Program-made: the position numbers and the translations under genes | Notes under the pieces: generated by a model | Told to the model about the DNA's origin: nothing | Databases searched by the model: none | What the model saw: the letters and a program-made list of their open reading frames with translations, nothing else | From: an uncultured Candidatus Saccharibacteria bacterium | Lineage (GTDB): Bacteria; Patescibacteriota; Minisyncoccia; Phycocordibacterales; UBA1006 | Direction: 5' to 3' | DNA: 64,000 nucleotides | Assembly: GCA_964601935.1 (NCBI GenBank) | Contig: CAZROP010000001.1 | Location: 98,428-162,427 of the forward strand | Shown here: positions 30,213 to 41,091 of the stretch, piece by piece | Position numbering within the stretch: the first letter of the stretch is position 1 | Layout: each line of letters starts with the position of its first letter

Positions 30213-30722
30213 CTAATTGGACTTTGGTAGTATAGCATCTTTTTCTGGCTCTGTCTCGACAGGATCAGGTTTGACCGCCTCTGGAGTACTACTGCCAGGT
30301 GCCCGTTCTGTGACATGGACGATACGGTCAAATTGTGGCGAATAAGCAATAACCCTATTCGGATATACCAATACCACATCACCAGCAGATATACCGACGA
30401 ATGTTGGATTTTGCTTTAGAAACGACGCAACATCATCCACTACCAGTATTTCTGGAGCGACATTGGGTAACACCATCAAACGTCCAGCTGCAGCCAGTAT
30501 TTGTTGGTATACTTGCTGTGACTGTGCTGCAGCCTGCTGTTCCTGAGCAGTCTGTAGCTGCTCTTTGGTTATCGGTTCGGGCGCCTTTGTAGGCAACAGA
30601 CTGGCCAGGACAAATACCACGGCAGCTATTACTATATAAAACAATAGTGATGATAGATATTGGGTCCAAGGGAATTTTTCCATAGTAAACATATTGTATA
30701 GCGAATCATACACAATTACCAC
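30213..30722 (-). CDS. Membrane-anchored protein, paralog of the N-domain of 29433..30167
   Basis: TM anchor, then a Q/A-rich segment, then ISAGDVVLVYPNRVIAYSPQFDRIV, which aligns with LGDVIVVYPEFVILYRPSIDKII in the neighbour. Confidence 0.5.
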   Translation of the reverse strand: MVIVYDSLYNMFTMEKFPWTQYLSSLLFYIVIAAVVFVLASLLPTKAPEPITKEQLQTAQEQQAAAQSQQVYQQILAAAGRLMVLPNVAPEILVVDDVASFLKQNPTFVGISAGDVVLVYPNRVIAYSPQFDRIVHVTERAPGSSTPEAVKPDPVETEPEKDAILPKSN

Positions 30723-30739
30723 TCATCTATGTTGGTAAA

Positions 30740-31561
30740 TTAACTAACCTTTTCCAAGTATACAACCATGTACCGTCGTTTGTAGGGCTGACCTCCCCAT
30801 CGCTGATATCCGTGGGATTTGTGTAGCACGTGGATTTTGAAGTCGTCACCCCAGAACTCAACGAACGCTCGCTCTGTCCAAACGTGCTCGTATATACCAA
30901 TCATGGGATGTATATAGCTACCCTCCTCTCCTCCTGGGTGTTCTTTTATCATACGCTTTGCATGCTCATCACCTTCTCGCAGAAATGTTTTGATGAACAT
31001 AAATCCGCCAGGTCGCAACACGCGCAGAATTTCTTCTTTGTAATTGTTACGCTCAGCTTCGCGCAAACAGTGCGAAACCATCATATCCACAACCAAATCA
31101 CAGGAATCATCTGGTTCTGCTAGCACAGGTTCCGCTAGATTATGCACATAAAATTGCACAGGCAGCCCCCTACCCAATTGACGCGCAGTATCGATCGCAG
31201 CATCTGCCATATCGAACCCAACACCTTTCATCCCAAATTCACGAGCAAGATACACACTATTACGCCCATTTCCACAGCCAACATCCAAAAAACGCAACGT
31301 AGTGACATCTACATGATCCTGCTCTCGACGCATCCAGCGCATGAACTTTACCAATTCGCTGCCTTCTTTTTCCGAAAGTGAAAAATGATCTCCAGTTTTA
31401 TACTCGCGGTTCCAAAACTGACCACCCTGACGCGCGGAATGCTTGCCGCCAGAAACGCTCATTTTTGTCTGCCCTCCTCGGGCTGGGCGTGCTTCTCGGG
31501 CTTTTCTGTCAGCGCGGCCCTGTTTTTGTTGCTTTGTTCGCATATACCCTGCACTATACAC
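30740..31561 (-). CDS. Class I SAM-dependent methyltransferase with a basic N-terminal extension
   Basis: Motif I FLDVGCGNGRNSVYLA is present. The first ~45 residues are Arg/Lys/Gln-rich, and the true start may be the Met at MSVSGGKH. Confidence 0.7.
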   Translation of the reverse strand: MYSAGYMRTKQQKQGRADRKAREARPARGGQTKMSVSGGKHSARQGGQFWNREYKTGDHFSLSEKEGSELVKFMRWMRREQDHVDVTTLRFLDVGCGNGRNSVYLAREFGMKGVGFDMADAAIDTARQLGRGLPVQFYVHNLAEPVLAEPDDSCDLVVDMMVSHCLREAERNNYKEEILRVLRPGGFMFIKTFLREGDEHAKRMIKEHPGGEEGSYIHPMIGIYEHVWTERAFVEFWGDDFKIHVLHKSHGYQRWGGQPYKRRYMVVYLEKVS

Positions 31562-31594
31562 GTTTATTGACAGAATGAAAGATCGTTGGCAAGA

Positions 31595-32062
31595 CTAGGA
31601 GATCGCCTGCACCATGTCGGTAAACTCCTTCCACACAACATCAAACATTTCGTCTCCCATGGCATTAAATAAAGCACCGTCTTTGACATTGAACTGAACA
31701 GTATAATCGTTGGACGCATCCACGCCACGGTCTTCTTCCTCGAAAACGACCTCTACTGCACCCGGGCCCAACCTAGCATCAATCCTGCTCTGGAGAGTGC
31801 CTATACCCTGCAGAAATAGCTCTTGCTTACGAACACCATCGTTCTGACCATCCACATTATCCAATGAAAAGCTAAGATACGGGTATGCACCCCATTTATC
31901 GAAATGACCATAACAACTCCCGTGCGGACTAATAGGTATGTCGAGAAACAACTTCAAAAAAGGAATTAATCCCTGATCAATTTCAGGAGACTCGACTGCC
32001 CGCTGTAACTCGAGAGCTAGGTCTGGGTCTTTGACAAATGTAAGTGGAGCGAATTCTGACAT
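31595..32062 (-). CDS. Hypothetical protein (155 aa)
   Basis: Clean ORF with no recognisable family. Confidence 0.45.
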   Translation of the reverse strand: MSEFAPLTFVKDPDLALELQRAVESPEIDQGLIPFLKLFLDIPISPHGSCYGHFDKWGAYPYLSFSLDNVDGQNDGVRKQELFLQGIGTLQSRIDARLGPGAVEVVFEEEDRGVDASNDYTVQFNVKDGALFNAMGDEMFDVVWKEFTDMVQAIS

Positions 32063-32079
32063 ATAGAATACGTACTATA

Positions 32080-33453
32080 TTAGTTCAATCGTGAACGAAT
32101 ATCTGACACCATCTGGCTGACTGGTACACGGATTTGGTCACCTGTGTCACGATCACGGATAGTTACATCGTTATTTTCCAGACTATCAAAATCAATCACC
32201 ACACACATGGGTGTACCTATTTCGTCTTGACGGCGATAACGTTTTCCAATATTACCGTTATCATCATATAACACCCAACCAAATTCTTTTTTGAGTATAG
32301 AGAATACTTCACGCGCTTTCGACTGGAGTTCTGGTTTATTTTTCAACAATGGAGAAACACATACTTTGTATGGCGCGATGTGTGGCGGAAATTGTAGGTA
32401 TACACGAACGTCTTCGCCGCTCACCTCCTCGCGATATACACTGCACAATAATGCCAGTATCGCTCGGTCTAAACTCACAGTAGGTTCCAAAACATGCGGT
32501 AGAAATCGCGTTTTTGTTTCCTCTTCAAAAATACCCATGGTTACTCCTGAAAACTGTTCATGCTGATTAAGATCGAAGTCTCCGCGATGTGCCAACCCTG
32601 TCAATTCCTTGACTCCAAACGGATATTCAAATTCTAGATCAACTGTTTTTTTACTGTAGTGCGCGCGAGCTGTTGATGGGTGCTCCAATGGACGCAATTT
32701 ATCTTGCGGAATACCGATACTTTCCAGCCATGTTTTTTGTTCTTCCAAGAAGTTGTCAAACAATGCATCCCAGTCAGCATCAGGATGAATAAAATATTCA
32801 AACTCCATTATTTCGAACTCACGCATGCGATAAATGAAATCCCGAGGAGTAATTTCATTACGAAAAGCTTTACCAATTTGTGCGATACCGAAAGGTAGCT
32901 TCGGTGAAAATGTATCCAGTATATTTTTGAAATTAACAAACATATTTTGCGCCTCCTCAGGACGCAAGAAGGTTGATACTGCAGTTTCTTCAACCGCACC
33001 TACTTTTGTCTCCAGCATTAGATTGAACTTTCGCACCTCTGAAAGTTTGTTACCCTCAGGACTCCTGAGCCCTAGCTCTAGTATCTTTTCCTCCATCTCC
33101 GCTATGGTCATTTTCTCGGCATCAACACCTGCTTCTTCTAATAGGTGATCAGCACGATAACGTTTTTTGGTTACCAAATCATCAACTAATGGATCGATAA
33201 ACTCACTAGTATGCCCCGATGCTTCCCATACCTGGGGATGTAGTAGTATAGGAGTATCGATTAGATACATATTTTCTCGCGACTTAACAAAGTAGTTAAT
33301 CCAAGATTGTTGGATATTATTTTTCAACAACGAACCCAATGGTCCGTAGTCATAGGTACCCGCCAATCCGCCATATATCTCTGACCCCTGAAATACGAAC
33401 CCGCGGCGTTTACATAGGGACACTATCTTTTCCATTAGGTTCTCAATGCTCAT
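32080..33453 (-). CDS. glyQS: Glycyl-tRNA synthetase (alpha2 dimeric type)
   Basis: N-terminal VSLCKRRGFVFQGSEIYGGLAGTYDYGPLGSLLKNN and KKRYRADHLLEE match alpha2-type GlyRS closely. 457 aa. Confidence 0.88.
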   Translation of the reverse strand: MSIENLMEKIVSLCKRRGFVFQGSEIYGGLAGTYDYGPLGSLLKNNIQQSWINYFVKSRENMYLIDTPILLHPQVWEASGHTSEFIDPLVDDLVTKKRYRADHLLEEAGVDAEKMTIAEMEEKILELGLRSPEGNKLSEVRKFNLMLETKVGAVEETAVSTFLRPEEAQNMFVNFKNILDTFSPKLPFGIAQIGKAFRNEITPRDFIYRMREFEIMEFEYFIHPDADWDALFDNFLEEQKTWLESIGIPQDKLRPLEHPSTARAHYSKKTVDLEFEYPFGVKELTGLAHRGDFDLNQHEQFSGVTMGIFEEETKTRFLPHVLEPTVSLDRAILALLCSVYREEVSGEDVRVYLQFPPHIAPYKVCVSPLLKNKPELQSKAREVFSILKKEFGWVLYDDNGNIGKRYRRQDEIGTPMCVVIDFDSLENNDVTIRDRDTGDQIRVPVSQMVSDIRSRLN

Positions 33454-33652
33454 AGAATGACAGTATACTCATGAAATCGCTGTTTAGCAAAGGAATATAG
33501 GGCATTCTATCCATTTGTCATGCACTATTATACGTGATATAGTATCTTCTGACACCATATACTCGTCGTATGTGATGCAATCATTAACAATCTAAATATT
33601 ACACACTAGTCTATCCCGACTCAAAACCGGGCGTATAGATCACAATTTCAAT

Positions 33653-34921
33653 ATGAATCTCATTGATATAAAGGCCCTCCACCTCCTGATGGACCAACTA
33701 GAAGAAGAAAAACGCATACCAAAGGCACGCCTCCTGGAGGCCGTCGAAAATGCACTGGCCGCAGCGTACAAAAAGGATTTTGGTAAGCGTGACCAGATCA
33801 TTCGCTGTACTCTGAATATGGATACAGGTGAAAGTACTTTTGTTCAGGTCAAAACAGTTGCAGACGAAACAACTATCTGGAACGAAAGTCCTGACGGCGA
33901 AGAACCCGAAATCGCAGAGGATGACCCTCGAGTAAAATTCAACAGTGAACGTCACATCATGATCCAAAATGCACGCCTCATGAAATCATCCGTCGAAGTG
34001 GGCGATGAAATCGTATTTCCTTTGGACGACCCAGAAGAGTCATTCGGACGCGTAGCAGCACAGACCGCAAAGCAGGTTATTATCCAAAAACTCCGCGAAG
34101 CAGAACGTCATTCAATCAGCGATGAATATCATGACAAAGAGGGTGAGATTGTAACAGGTGTTATCCAGCGCTATGAACGTGGCAATGTCTATGTCGACCT
34201 AGGTCGTGCAATCGGCATCATGAGTCGTGACGAAGCAATCCCAGGGGAGTTCTACAACCCGGGACGACATATCAAGGTATATCTATACCGTGTCGATGAT
34301 TCCCGAGGACTACAGCTACGATTATCACGCGCACATCCAGAATTTTTGAAGAAACTGTTTTCTAATGAATCACCAGAAATTGCAAATGGTGTCGTGGAGA
34401 TAAAATCAATCGCACGCGAACCAGGCAGCAAAACGAAAATAGCAGTAGCATCCAACGATCCATCTATTGATCCAGTCGGAGCATGCGTCGGACAAAAAGG
34501 CGTGCGCGTCATTGCGGTATCAACAGAACTCAACGGTGAGCGTGTAGACATCGTTCCGTGGTCCGAAGATAACGCAGAATTTATTGCAGCATCACTGAGT
34601 CCAGCAGAGCCAATCGAGCTCACTCTCGACGAGGACAACATGGCAGCAGAGGTTGTCGTTCCAACACACCAGCTATCACTGGCGATTGGACGTGGCGGAC
34701 AAAATGCACGCCTCGCAGCACGACTAACAGGATGGAAGATTGATATAGTAGGTGACGGCAGTGCGCCGGACCAGACAGAACCTGAAACCAAAAAAGAGGC
34801 AGAGTTCGAAATCGTTGAGGAGTCACAGCCTACCGAAGAGATAACGGAGATTACTAATGAAGCGACCGCTCCAGCAGAAGAGGTTGCTGACAAGAGTGAA
34901 GTAGTAGGAAAAGAAGATTAA
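33653..34921 (+). CDS. nusA: Transcription termination/antitermination factor NusA
   Basis: The order of N-domain, S1 domain (EIVTGVIQRYERGNVYVDLG) and KH domains, plus an acidic C-terminal tail, is typical of NusA. Confidence 0.9.
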   Translation: MNLIDIKALHLLMDQLEEEKRIPKARLLEAVENALAAAYKKDFGKRDQIIRCTLNMDTGESTFVQVKTVADETTIWNESPDGEEPEIAEDDPRVKFNSERHIMIQNARLMKSSVEVGDEIVFPLDDPEESFGRVAAQTAKQVIIQKLREAERHSISDEYHDKEGEIVTGVIQRYERGNVYVDLGRAIGIMSRDEAIPGEFYNPGRHIKVYLYRVDDSRGLQLRLSRAHPEFLKKLFSNESPEIANGVVEIKSIAREPGSKTKIAVASNDPSIDPVGACVGQKGVRVIAVSTELNGERVDIVPWSEDNAEFIAASLSPAEPIELTLDEDNMAAEVVVPTHQLSLAIGRGGQNARLAARLTGWKIDIVGDGSAPDQTEPETKKEAEFEIVEESQPTEEITEITNEATAPAEEVADKSEVVGKED

Positions 34922-34949
34922 TTACATTAACTGATAACTATACAACTCT

Positions 34950-35537
34950 ATGGCAAATGTAGACCTACCAATTACCAAAACCACGCCTAACCTATTGCAT
35001 GCGTTAGCACCCTTTGCTAACGAAGAAAAAGGAGTACTAAATGGACTGATAGAAATCAATTCTGGCAGCATCAACAAGTATGAATTCATTACGGAAACAG
35101 GTCACCTAAAACTGGACCGTGTTGGATATTCTAGCCTCACCTACCCTGTTGCCTACGGACTAATACCACAAACCTGGGATCAGGACGGGGATATGCTGGA
35201 TTTCATCATTGCGAATGTTACCGAACCCCTAGTTCCCGGATCTCTGGCAGAGGTACGTATAATCGGTATCATGAAGTTCGAAGACGGCGGAGAGATCGAC
35301 GACAAAATTATCACCGTACTAGCGGATGATAAGCGTATGGATCATATCACCAGCTACACTGATTTGGGTCCGCACTGGGAAAAAGAAACAGGACACTACT
35401 TTGAAATGTACAAACACTTGAAAAAGCCTGGCACCTGCAAAGTCCTCGGCTTCTACGACACTACAGAAGCGATCAAAACAATTCATGAATGTATTGAACG
35501 ATACAATACCGAAATACTGCCGAAAGTTCAGGAATAA
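34950..35537 (+). CDS. ppa: Inorganic pyrophosphatase (family I)
   Basis: YPVAYGLIPQTWDQDGDMLDFII aligns with the family I PPase active-site region (YGFIPQT...DGDPLDVL). Confidence 0.85.
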   Translation: MANVDLPITKTTPNLLHALAPFANEEKGVLNGLIEINSGSINKYEFITETGHLKLDRVGYSSLTYPVAYGLIPQTWDQDGDMLDFIIANVTEPLVPGSLAEVRIIGIMKFEDGGEIDDKIITVLADDKRMDHITSYTDLGPHWEKETGHYFEMYKHLKKPGTCKVLGFYDTTEAIKTIHECIERYNTEILPKVQE

Positions 35538-35559
35538 AAGAAGAGGCGCTACACAACAT

Positions 35560-35590
35560 AAAACCAGCTGAGATTCAGCTGGTTTTATGT
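35560..35590 (+). terminator. Rho-independent terminator after ppa
   Basis: AAACCAGCTG-agatt-CAGCTGGTTT followed by T-rich sequence. Confidence 0.6.
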
Positions 35591-35652
35591 TTGCAAAAAC
35601 TCATACATCTGATAATCTTGCGAGTAACTCTAAACACTTAAATCAGAAAGTA

Positions 35653-36003
35653 ATGGAACATTCAAAGACAATCAAGCTCCTGCGACAGTTACGGTGCAAA
35701 ATTCAAAGTGACAAAGAAAAGCTGGACAAAAAACTGGCTAGCCTACAGGCCGAATGCCCACATCCGGAAGTTCTCTGGCTAGCCAGGGAAGGATATCGCA
35801 CATACGCCCTATGCTTGATCTGTGGCGTCCATCATGAGGGAGATGAAGCTGCCAAATTCTTGGAAGAAGACGAGATATCCTGTACTATTACACTATGGAA
35901 GCCTCGTAGTCCAAGCGCCTTCTCTCTTCTTCAGGAGGTATTTGAAAAAGGAGGATACCCGACAGAAGCTGAGATTGCTGCCGCGAAAGGACCCAAGATA
36001 TAA
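35653..36003 (+). CDS. Hypothetical Cys-containing small protein
   Basis: Has a CPHPEV...CLICGVHH motif and terminators on both sides. The start is ambiguous between 35587 and 35653. Confidence 0.4.
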   Translation: MEHSKTIKLLRQLRCKIQSDKEKLDKKLASLQAECPHPEVLWLAREGYRTYALCLICGVHHEGDEAAKFLEEDEISCTITLWKPRSPSAFSLLQEVFEKGGYPTEAEIAAAKGPKI

Positions 36004-36032
36004 CAGGGTAATTTGTAGGCCATTCAAAATAC

Positions 36033-36065
36033 CAAAAAGTACGAGAGAGATCTCGTACTTTTTCT
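36033..36065. terminator. Bidirectional terminator between the small Cys protein gene (+) and gyrA (-)
   Basis: AAAA-AGTACGAGA-gaga-TCTCGTACT-TTTTT. Confidence 0.65.
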
Positions 36066-36079
36066 TTTATAGAACGTCC

Positions 36080-38545
36080 CTACATCAACGCAATACTCGC
36101 AACCGAATCCCCTTCACGCAGCTTCATAATACGAACACCCTGTGTGGTGCGACCCAATGTTGGAATACCAGTAATAGGTGTACGCACCACCTGACCCTTG
36201 CCGGACATTGCTATCAATTCGTGCGCATCCGCGCTGATAATAGCAGCACCTACCAATGCACCAGTTTTATCTGTGACATTGAATGTACCCACACCACTGC
36301 CACCACGACCCTGAACCTTGTACTCGTTCAATTCGGTCATTTTGCCATATCCATGAGTTGATATAACCATTAGCTTCTCCTTCTTATTCTCGTTACTGAC
36401 ACATACGGCAGCAACCAATCTATCGCCCTTCAAGGTCATACCCTTCACGCCTGCAGCCGTGCGACCCATGACACGAACCTCTGATACTGGGAATCGTATG
36501 GACTGTGCCTGACTGGTGACCAATAGCATTTCATGGGTTTCTGCAACAATATGCGCTGCCAGTAATTCGTCCTTTGGGTCTAGATCAATCACAGTTGTAC
36601 CCGACTTGCGGACACTGGTGACATGTGACATATCGGTACGTTTGGTAATACCCTGCGCTGTAACCAACATGAGCGACAACCCCTCTAGGCCTTTCACATC
36701 TTTGGGTATTTCCAATATAGAGGTAATACGCTCTGACGCCATGAGCGGCAATAAACTTTGGATTGCCTTCCCCTTGGTAGATTTTTTGCCCTCTGGGATA
36801 TCGTACATTTTGACACTATAGGCACGTCCTCGATCGGTAAAGAATATAATATCGCTATGAGTGCTGCCCACAATAGTGTGTGCTATTACGTCATCTTCTT
36901 TGGTGTCCAGATCTCCTACCCCTACTCCACCACGTTTTTGTGATTTGTATTCGCTGGGGTCAGTACGTTTTATATAGCCATCGGCAGTCATCACACACAC
37001 TGCCTCTGCATCTGGAACCAGATCTTCGTCTGTCATAATGCCGAGCGGCTTCTTGTGGATTTTGGTACGACGCTCATCTGCAATCTGGCTGCGCAGTACC
37101 ATGATCTCATCTTTGATGACATTCTTCATTTTTGTCTTACTTTCCAACAATCCCTCGAAGTATTTAATCAGCTTCATCTTCTCTGCCAATTCGTCTTCGA
37201 TTTTTTTACGCTCCAAACCAACCAAACGCTGCAAACGCATTTCCAATATTGCAACAGCTTGAATGTCGGAAAACTTGAACTTTGCGATCAACTTACCTTT
37301 TGCCTCTTCGGTATCTTTGGATGCACGAATGATTTTTATCACTTCATCGATGTGATCCAGTGCCTTCTTGAATCCCTCCAAAATATGTGCTCGTTCACGC
37401 GTACGCGCCAAATCATGTTCAGTGCGCCGACGAACCACCTCGAATCTGTGTTGAATAAAATGATATAGCATTTCACGCAATGACAACGTCTCGGGCACAC
37501 CATGAACCAACGCCGTCATATTGTAGTTAAAGTTTGACTGCAGATCGGTATGTTTGTAAATGTAATTCAGTATCTTGTCAGGAATAAATCCCGATCGAAC
37601 TTCTATAACAATGCGTGTTTCATCTGTTGACTCGTCACGGATATCTTTGATGCCTTTGAGCTTCTTTTCATTTACCAAATCAGCAACCTTGATAATCAGA
37701 TCAGATCGTACTACACGGAATGGTATAGAAGTAATGATTATTTCTGCCTTGCCGCTCTTGCTGGTTTCTATCACTGCCTCGCCACGACAGGTAACGGCAC
37801 CGCGTCCCGTAGTATACGCACGAACAATATCATCTCTATTATACGCAATACCTCCTACTGGGAAATCAGGACCTTTTACAAATTCCAACAGCTCTTCAGT
37901 ACTAGCATTAGGGTTATCCAGCATGTGCACTACAGCATCTATTACCTCGCCTGCGTTATGCGGAGGAATATTACATGCCATACCGACCGCAATACCCAGT
38001 GTCCCGTTCAACAACAAGGCCGGCACACCAGCAGGAAGTACCTTTGGTTCACGTTCACTACCGTCGTAGTTAGGGATGAAATCTACCGTGCTCTTTTCTA
38101 TATCGCGCAGCAGGATTTCTCCTGTGCGGGACATTTTTGCCTCGGTATAACGCATAGCAGCAGCGTTATCTCCATCCATAGACCCAAAGTTTCCCTGTCC
38201 CAGCACGAGCGGATGGCGATAGGAGAAAATCTGCGCCATGTTGACCATTGCGTCATATACGGACGTGTCGCCATGCGGATGGTACTTACCCAACACTTCT
38301 CCTACAACCTTTGCGGATTTGGTAAATCGCCCGCCCGGCATCAAACCCATTTTGTACATTGCGTACAGAATACGACGATGAACAGGCTTTAGACCGTCAC
38401 GGACATCAGGCAACGCACGCGAGGTGATGACGGACATCGAATATTCGATGAATGACTTTCGCATTTCATCGACAATTTCCATTCCCACTATCTTGTCGTG
38501 CCTTATAAGTTCTATTGTTGATTCTGGTGCAGATTTTCTAGCCAT
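36080..38545 (-). CDS. gyrA: DNA gyrase subunit A
   Basis: 821 aa. The N-terminus [21 protein letters not shown] carries the active-site Tyr region, and C-terminal beta-pinwheel repeats are present. Confidence 0.9.
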   Translation of the reverse strand: MARKSAPESTIELIRHDKIVGMEIVDEMRKSFIEYSMSVITSRALPDVRDGLKPVHRRILYAMYKMGLMPGGRFTKSAKVVGEVLGKYHPHGDTSVYDAMVNMAQIFSYRHPLVLGQGNFGSMDGDNAAAMRYTEAKMSRTGEILLRDIEKSTVDFIPNYDGSEREPKVLPAGVPALLLNGTLGIAVGMACNIPPHNAGEVIDAVVHMLDNPNASTEELLEFVKGPDFPVGGIAYNRDDIVRAYTTGRGAVTCRGEAVIETSKSGKAEIIITSIPFRVVRSDLIIKVADLVNEKKLKGIKDIRDESTDETRIVIEVRSGFIPDKILNYIYKHTDLQSNFNYNMTALVHGVPETLSLREMLYHFIQHRFEVVRRRTEHDLARTRERAHILEGFKKALDHIDEVIKIIRASKDTEEAKGKLIAKFKFSDIQAVAILEMRLQRLVGLERKKIEDELAEKMKLIKYFEGLLESKTKMKNVIKDEIMVLRSQIADERRTKIHKKPLGIMTDEDLVPDAEAVCVMTADGYIKRTDPSEYKSQKRGGVGVGDLDTKEDDVIAHTIVGSTHSDIIFFTDRGRAYSVKMYDIPEGKKSTKGKAIQSLLPLMASERITSILEIPKDVKGLEGLSLMLVTAQGITKRTDMSHVTSVRKSGTTVIDLDPKDELLAAHIVAETHEMLLVTSQAQSIRFPVSEVRVMGRTAAGVKGMTLKGDRLVAAVCVSNENKKEKLMVISTHGYGKMTELNEYKVQGRGGSGVGTFNVTDKTGALVGAAIISADAHELIAMSGKGQVVRTPITGIPTLGRTTQGVRIMKLREGDSVASIALM

Positions 38546-38548
38546 ATA

Positions 38549-39172
38549 TTACAGAGAAAGAAGTCTAATAGATTTCGACAAAGGTTCAACGTCTTTGCGC
38601 TTTATGGTGATTTTATCCTCTCCAGAATCTGACTTAATCCCATGTTCTTTCAGAAATCCAGTTAAACCAGCATCTGTCGTGTTCCAAAATCCCACAGGCA
38701 CAATAATATGCGGATCGATAAAGCTCATGAGGCTATGCGTATCTGCTAGTCTCTCGCCATCAATAGGTAAGACTAAGATATCCGTATCAGCAAACAATTC
38801 TGATGTTTCAGTTGATAATTCATCTCGTGCAACGATGCTGCCCAATATGCATACACGGATATCATCCATGGTGAACGAATACAGCGTAGCAGACTGCTGG
38901 GTGTCATTAGATTCTCGCCCTAGCTGTTCCCCGTGAACGGTATAACCGTGGTATTCATACGACCCAGGACCATCAATGATAAATGGCTCGCTATCTCCTT
39001 GTGTCACGCTGCCTAGCGCATGATGCTCGGGAGCAAAGGACGAGCACAGGACCATAGACGCACCAATACGCTGGGATTTTTGACCGTGTGGCGGCTGCGA
39101 TGGGTTACTGACGATGACCATATCGCCTGTTTGGAATTTGACTGTATTGCCGCCGTGAAATGAAATAATCAT
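38549..39172 (-). CDS. MBL-fold metallo-hydrolase-like protein (UPF0173-like) with a degenerate metal-binding motif
   Basis: MIISFHGGNTVKFQTGDMVIVSNP and the overall length resemble small MBL-fold hydrolases. The canonical HxHxDH motif is not obvious. Confidence 0.4.
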   Translation of the reverse strand: MIISFHGGNTVKFQTGDMVIVSNPSQPPHGQKSQRIGASMVLCSSFAPEHHALGSVTQGDSEPFIIDGPGSYEYHGYTVHGEQLGRESNDTQQSATLYSFTMDDIRVCILGSIVARDELSTETSELFADTDILVLPIDGERLADTHSLMSFIDPHIIVPVGFWNTTDAGLTGFLKEHGIKSDSGEDKITIKRKDVEPLSKSIRLLSL

Positions 39173-39239
39173 AGATATATGTGTTTAACTGAGACCCACA
39201 GTATACCAAATTAGCTCTGATTGCGATATACTAAAGTCT

Positions 39240-40127
39240 ATGACGATAGAAAACACCATAAACGGTATTACTTGGATAGACTTGACAGAGCCCGCCCCAG
39301 AAGATCTAGCCCGTGTTCTGTCCGATTATAATATCACTATCCCTAGCGAAACAATTCTTGACTTTGAAATGCTGCCCCAATTGCTGTCCGAGCAGGCTAC
39401 TACCTACTGTATTCTGCGGTTTCCTCGACTCTACCAAAGCACTACTGAAAAGCACCGCACGAGCTTCGAACTGGATTGTCTAATTTCTAAAAACTTACTG
39501 ATATCTATCCACGATATTCCGCTCTTTGAAGTCTCTAACGTTATTGATAAACATAACGCGTCAAGTGCCTTGAACCCACCTAGTTCATCGTTGAGTCTGT
39601 TTGGTATTCTGATTGCGGAATTTTTTACCACAGTGCGCAAACAGCTACATAATATTACCAACCAATTAGAAGAAGTTGAATCAGAGATTTATTCCGACTA
39701 TCATACAACAAAGACCCTGGGCAAGATTGCAAAAATAGCAAAACACTTGATTGATGTAGAACGATCAGTGCATGCAAGTGCGCCCGTTATGCAACAGGTA
39801 TCGAGACACAACGAGCAAGAACAGAGTAAGAATATTACAATCGCTGTAGAGCTGTTTAGCGAGCTGAAATCTCTGCTGGATACCAACCGAATTATCTTGG
39901 ATGAATTGCGACGCACACACCAAAATCTTATAGCTCAAAATACTACCCAGGCGGTACGCAACCTCACTATTATTACCTTTTTAACACTACCTATTAGTGT
40001 TTTAGTAGATACCATGAATATATATCACAGCCCTCTCACGGCGGGTGTTCGTACACTGCTGCTGTTTAGCATCGTTGTTATAACCATGATTTTAATCGTT
40101 TACTTCCGCGGACGAAGGTTATTGTAA
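39240..40127 (+). CDS. CorA-like divalent cation transporter
   Basis: 295 aa: a soluble N-domain followed by two C-terminal TM helices, with DTMN in the position of the GMN motif. Confidence 0.5.
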   Translation: MTIENTINGITWIDLTEPAPEDLARVLSDYNITIPSETILDFEMLPQLLSEQATTYCILRFPRLYQSTTEKHRTSFELDCLISKNLLISIHDIPLFEVSNVIDKHNASSALNPPSSSLSLFGILIAEFFTTVRKQLHNITNQLEEVESEIYSDYHTTKTLGKIAKIAKHLIDVERSVHASAPVMQQVSRHNEQEQSKNITIAVELFSELKSLLDTNRIILDELRRTHQNLIAQNTTQAVRNLTIITFLTLPISVLVDTMNIYHSPLTAGVRTLLLFSIVVITMILIVYFRGRRLL

Positions 40128-40198
40128 ACACAAGTCAAAGTTTGTACGCAAAAATCAGAAAACTATTTGAGCCGTCAGACAAGTATGACTGCTGTAAA

Positions 40199-41056
40199 TT
40201 AAAATAATTTGCGATATGCAGTGTACAGAGCAATTGCACCAGCTACCGAAACATTTAAGGACTCTACTGCCGGTGACATAGGTATAGATAATATTACGTC
40301 GCAGTTTTTGCGTACACCTTCGCGCACACCATCACCTTCCGAACCAACCACGATAACAGTTGGTGTATCGAATATATATGAATCTATCGGCATTGCTGAC
40401 TCTCCTGCTAATCCAGCAATCCAAAATCCTTTTGATTTTAATGTATCGAGCGCCTGTGAAATATTGCCGACACGTACAACAGGAATATCAAATATTGTTC
40501 CTGCGCTGGCACGAGCAACTACCCCGGTAACCCCTGCCTGCTCATGCTCTGCAATAACCACTGCAGCACAACCAAACGCGACCGCGCTGCGAATCAGCGC
40601 TCCTACGTTCTGTGGATCCTGCACCTGATCGAGGACGAGCACTAGTTTCGCCTCTGACGAAATTGACTCAATCGGAGAATACGGGAAACCTGGGATCTCT
40701 GCAACAATTCCCTGGTGTATAGCTCCACGGGATTTTTTGTCCAGCTCAGCCTCTTTTGCGATATGTAAAGGGCCTTTATATCCAACCGAACGCGCAAACT
40801 CACGCATATCCGCAACCAGGCTTTCACGAACCATAACAGAGCTGGTTAATAACGGGTATACAGTCAACAGACGACGTACTGCATGTACACCGAATAGCGT
40901 GACAGCGCCGTATTGTGATGCGCTACCTGTGCGAATCATTCTGGTAGGCTTCTTGTTATTATAGCCTGATCGAGGCTTAGGACGTGATAGTGACATAATG
41001 ATGTAGATTATACACATAACTGTCAATACCACAAGGTCAGCCCTCATCGAGCGCAA
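40199..41056 (-). CDS. SpoU/TrmH-family RNA 2'-O-methyltransferase (RlmB-like)
   Basis: LVLVLDQVQDPQNVGALIRSAVAFGCAAVVI and the C-terminal LNVSVAGAIALY are SPOUT-class motifs. Confidence 0.75.
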   Translation of the reverse strand: MRSMRADLVVLTVMCIIYIIMSLSRPKPRSGYNNKKPTRMIRTGSASQYGAVTLFGVHAVRRLLTVYPLLTSSVMVRESLVADMREFARSVGYKGPLHIAKEAELDKKSRGAIHQGIVAEIPGFPYSPIESISSEAKLVLVLDQVQDPQNVGALIRSAVAFGCAAVVIAEHEQAGVTGVVARASAGTIFDIPVVRVGNISQALDTLKSKGFWIAGLAGESAMPIDSYIFDTPTVIVVGSEGDGVREGVRKNCDVILSIPMSPAVESLNVSVAGAIALYTAYRKLF

Positions 41057-41091
41057 AGCAAGGGTCTTATTTCCCGAAACGAGACTTTCTT

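Noticed and set aside
34252-34893. 213 aa minus-strand ORF antisense to nusA
   Set aside because: It is Ser/Ala/Thr-rich low complexity and fully contained in the NusA frame.
37038-38936. Plus-strand ORFs of 137-170 aa antisense to gyrA and the MBL-like gene
   Set aside because: These are shadow ORFs in the GyrA frame, which is unambiguous.
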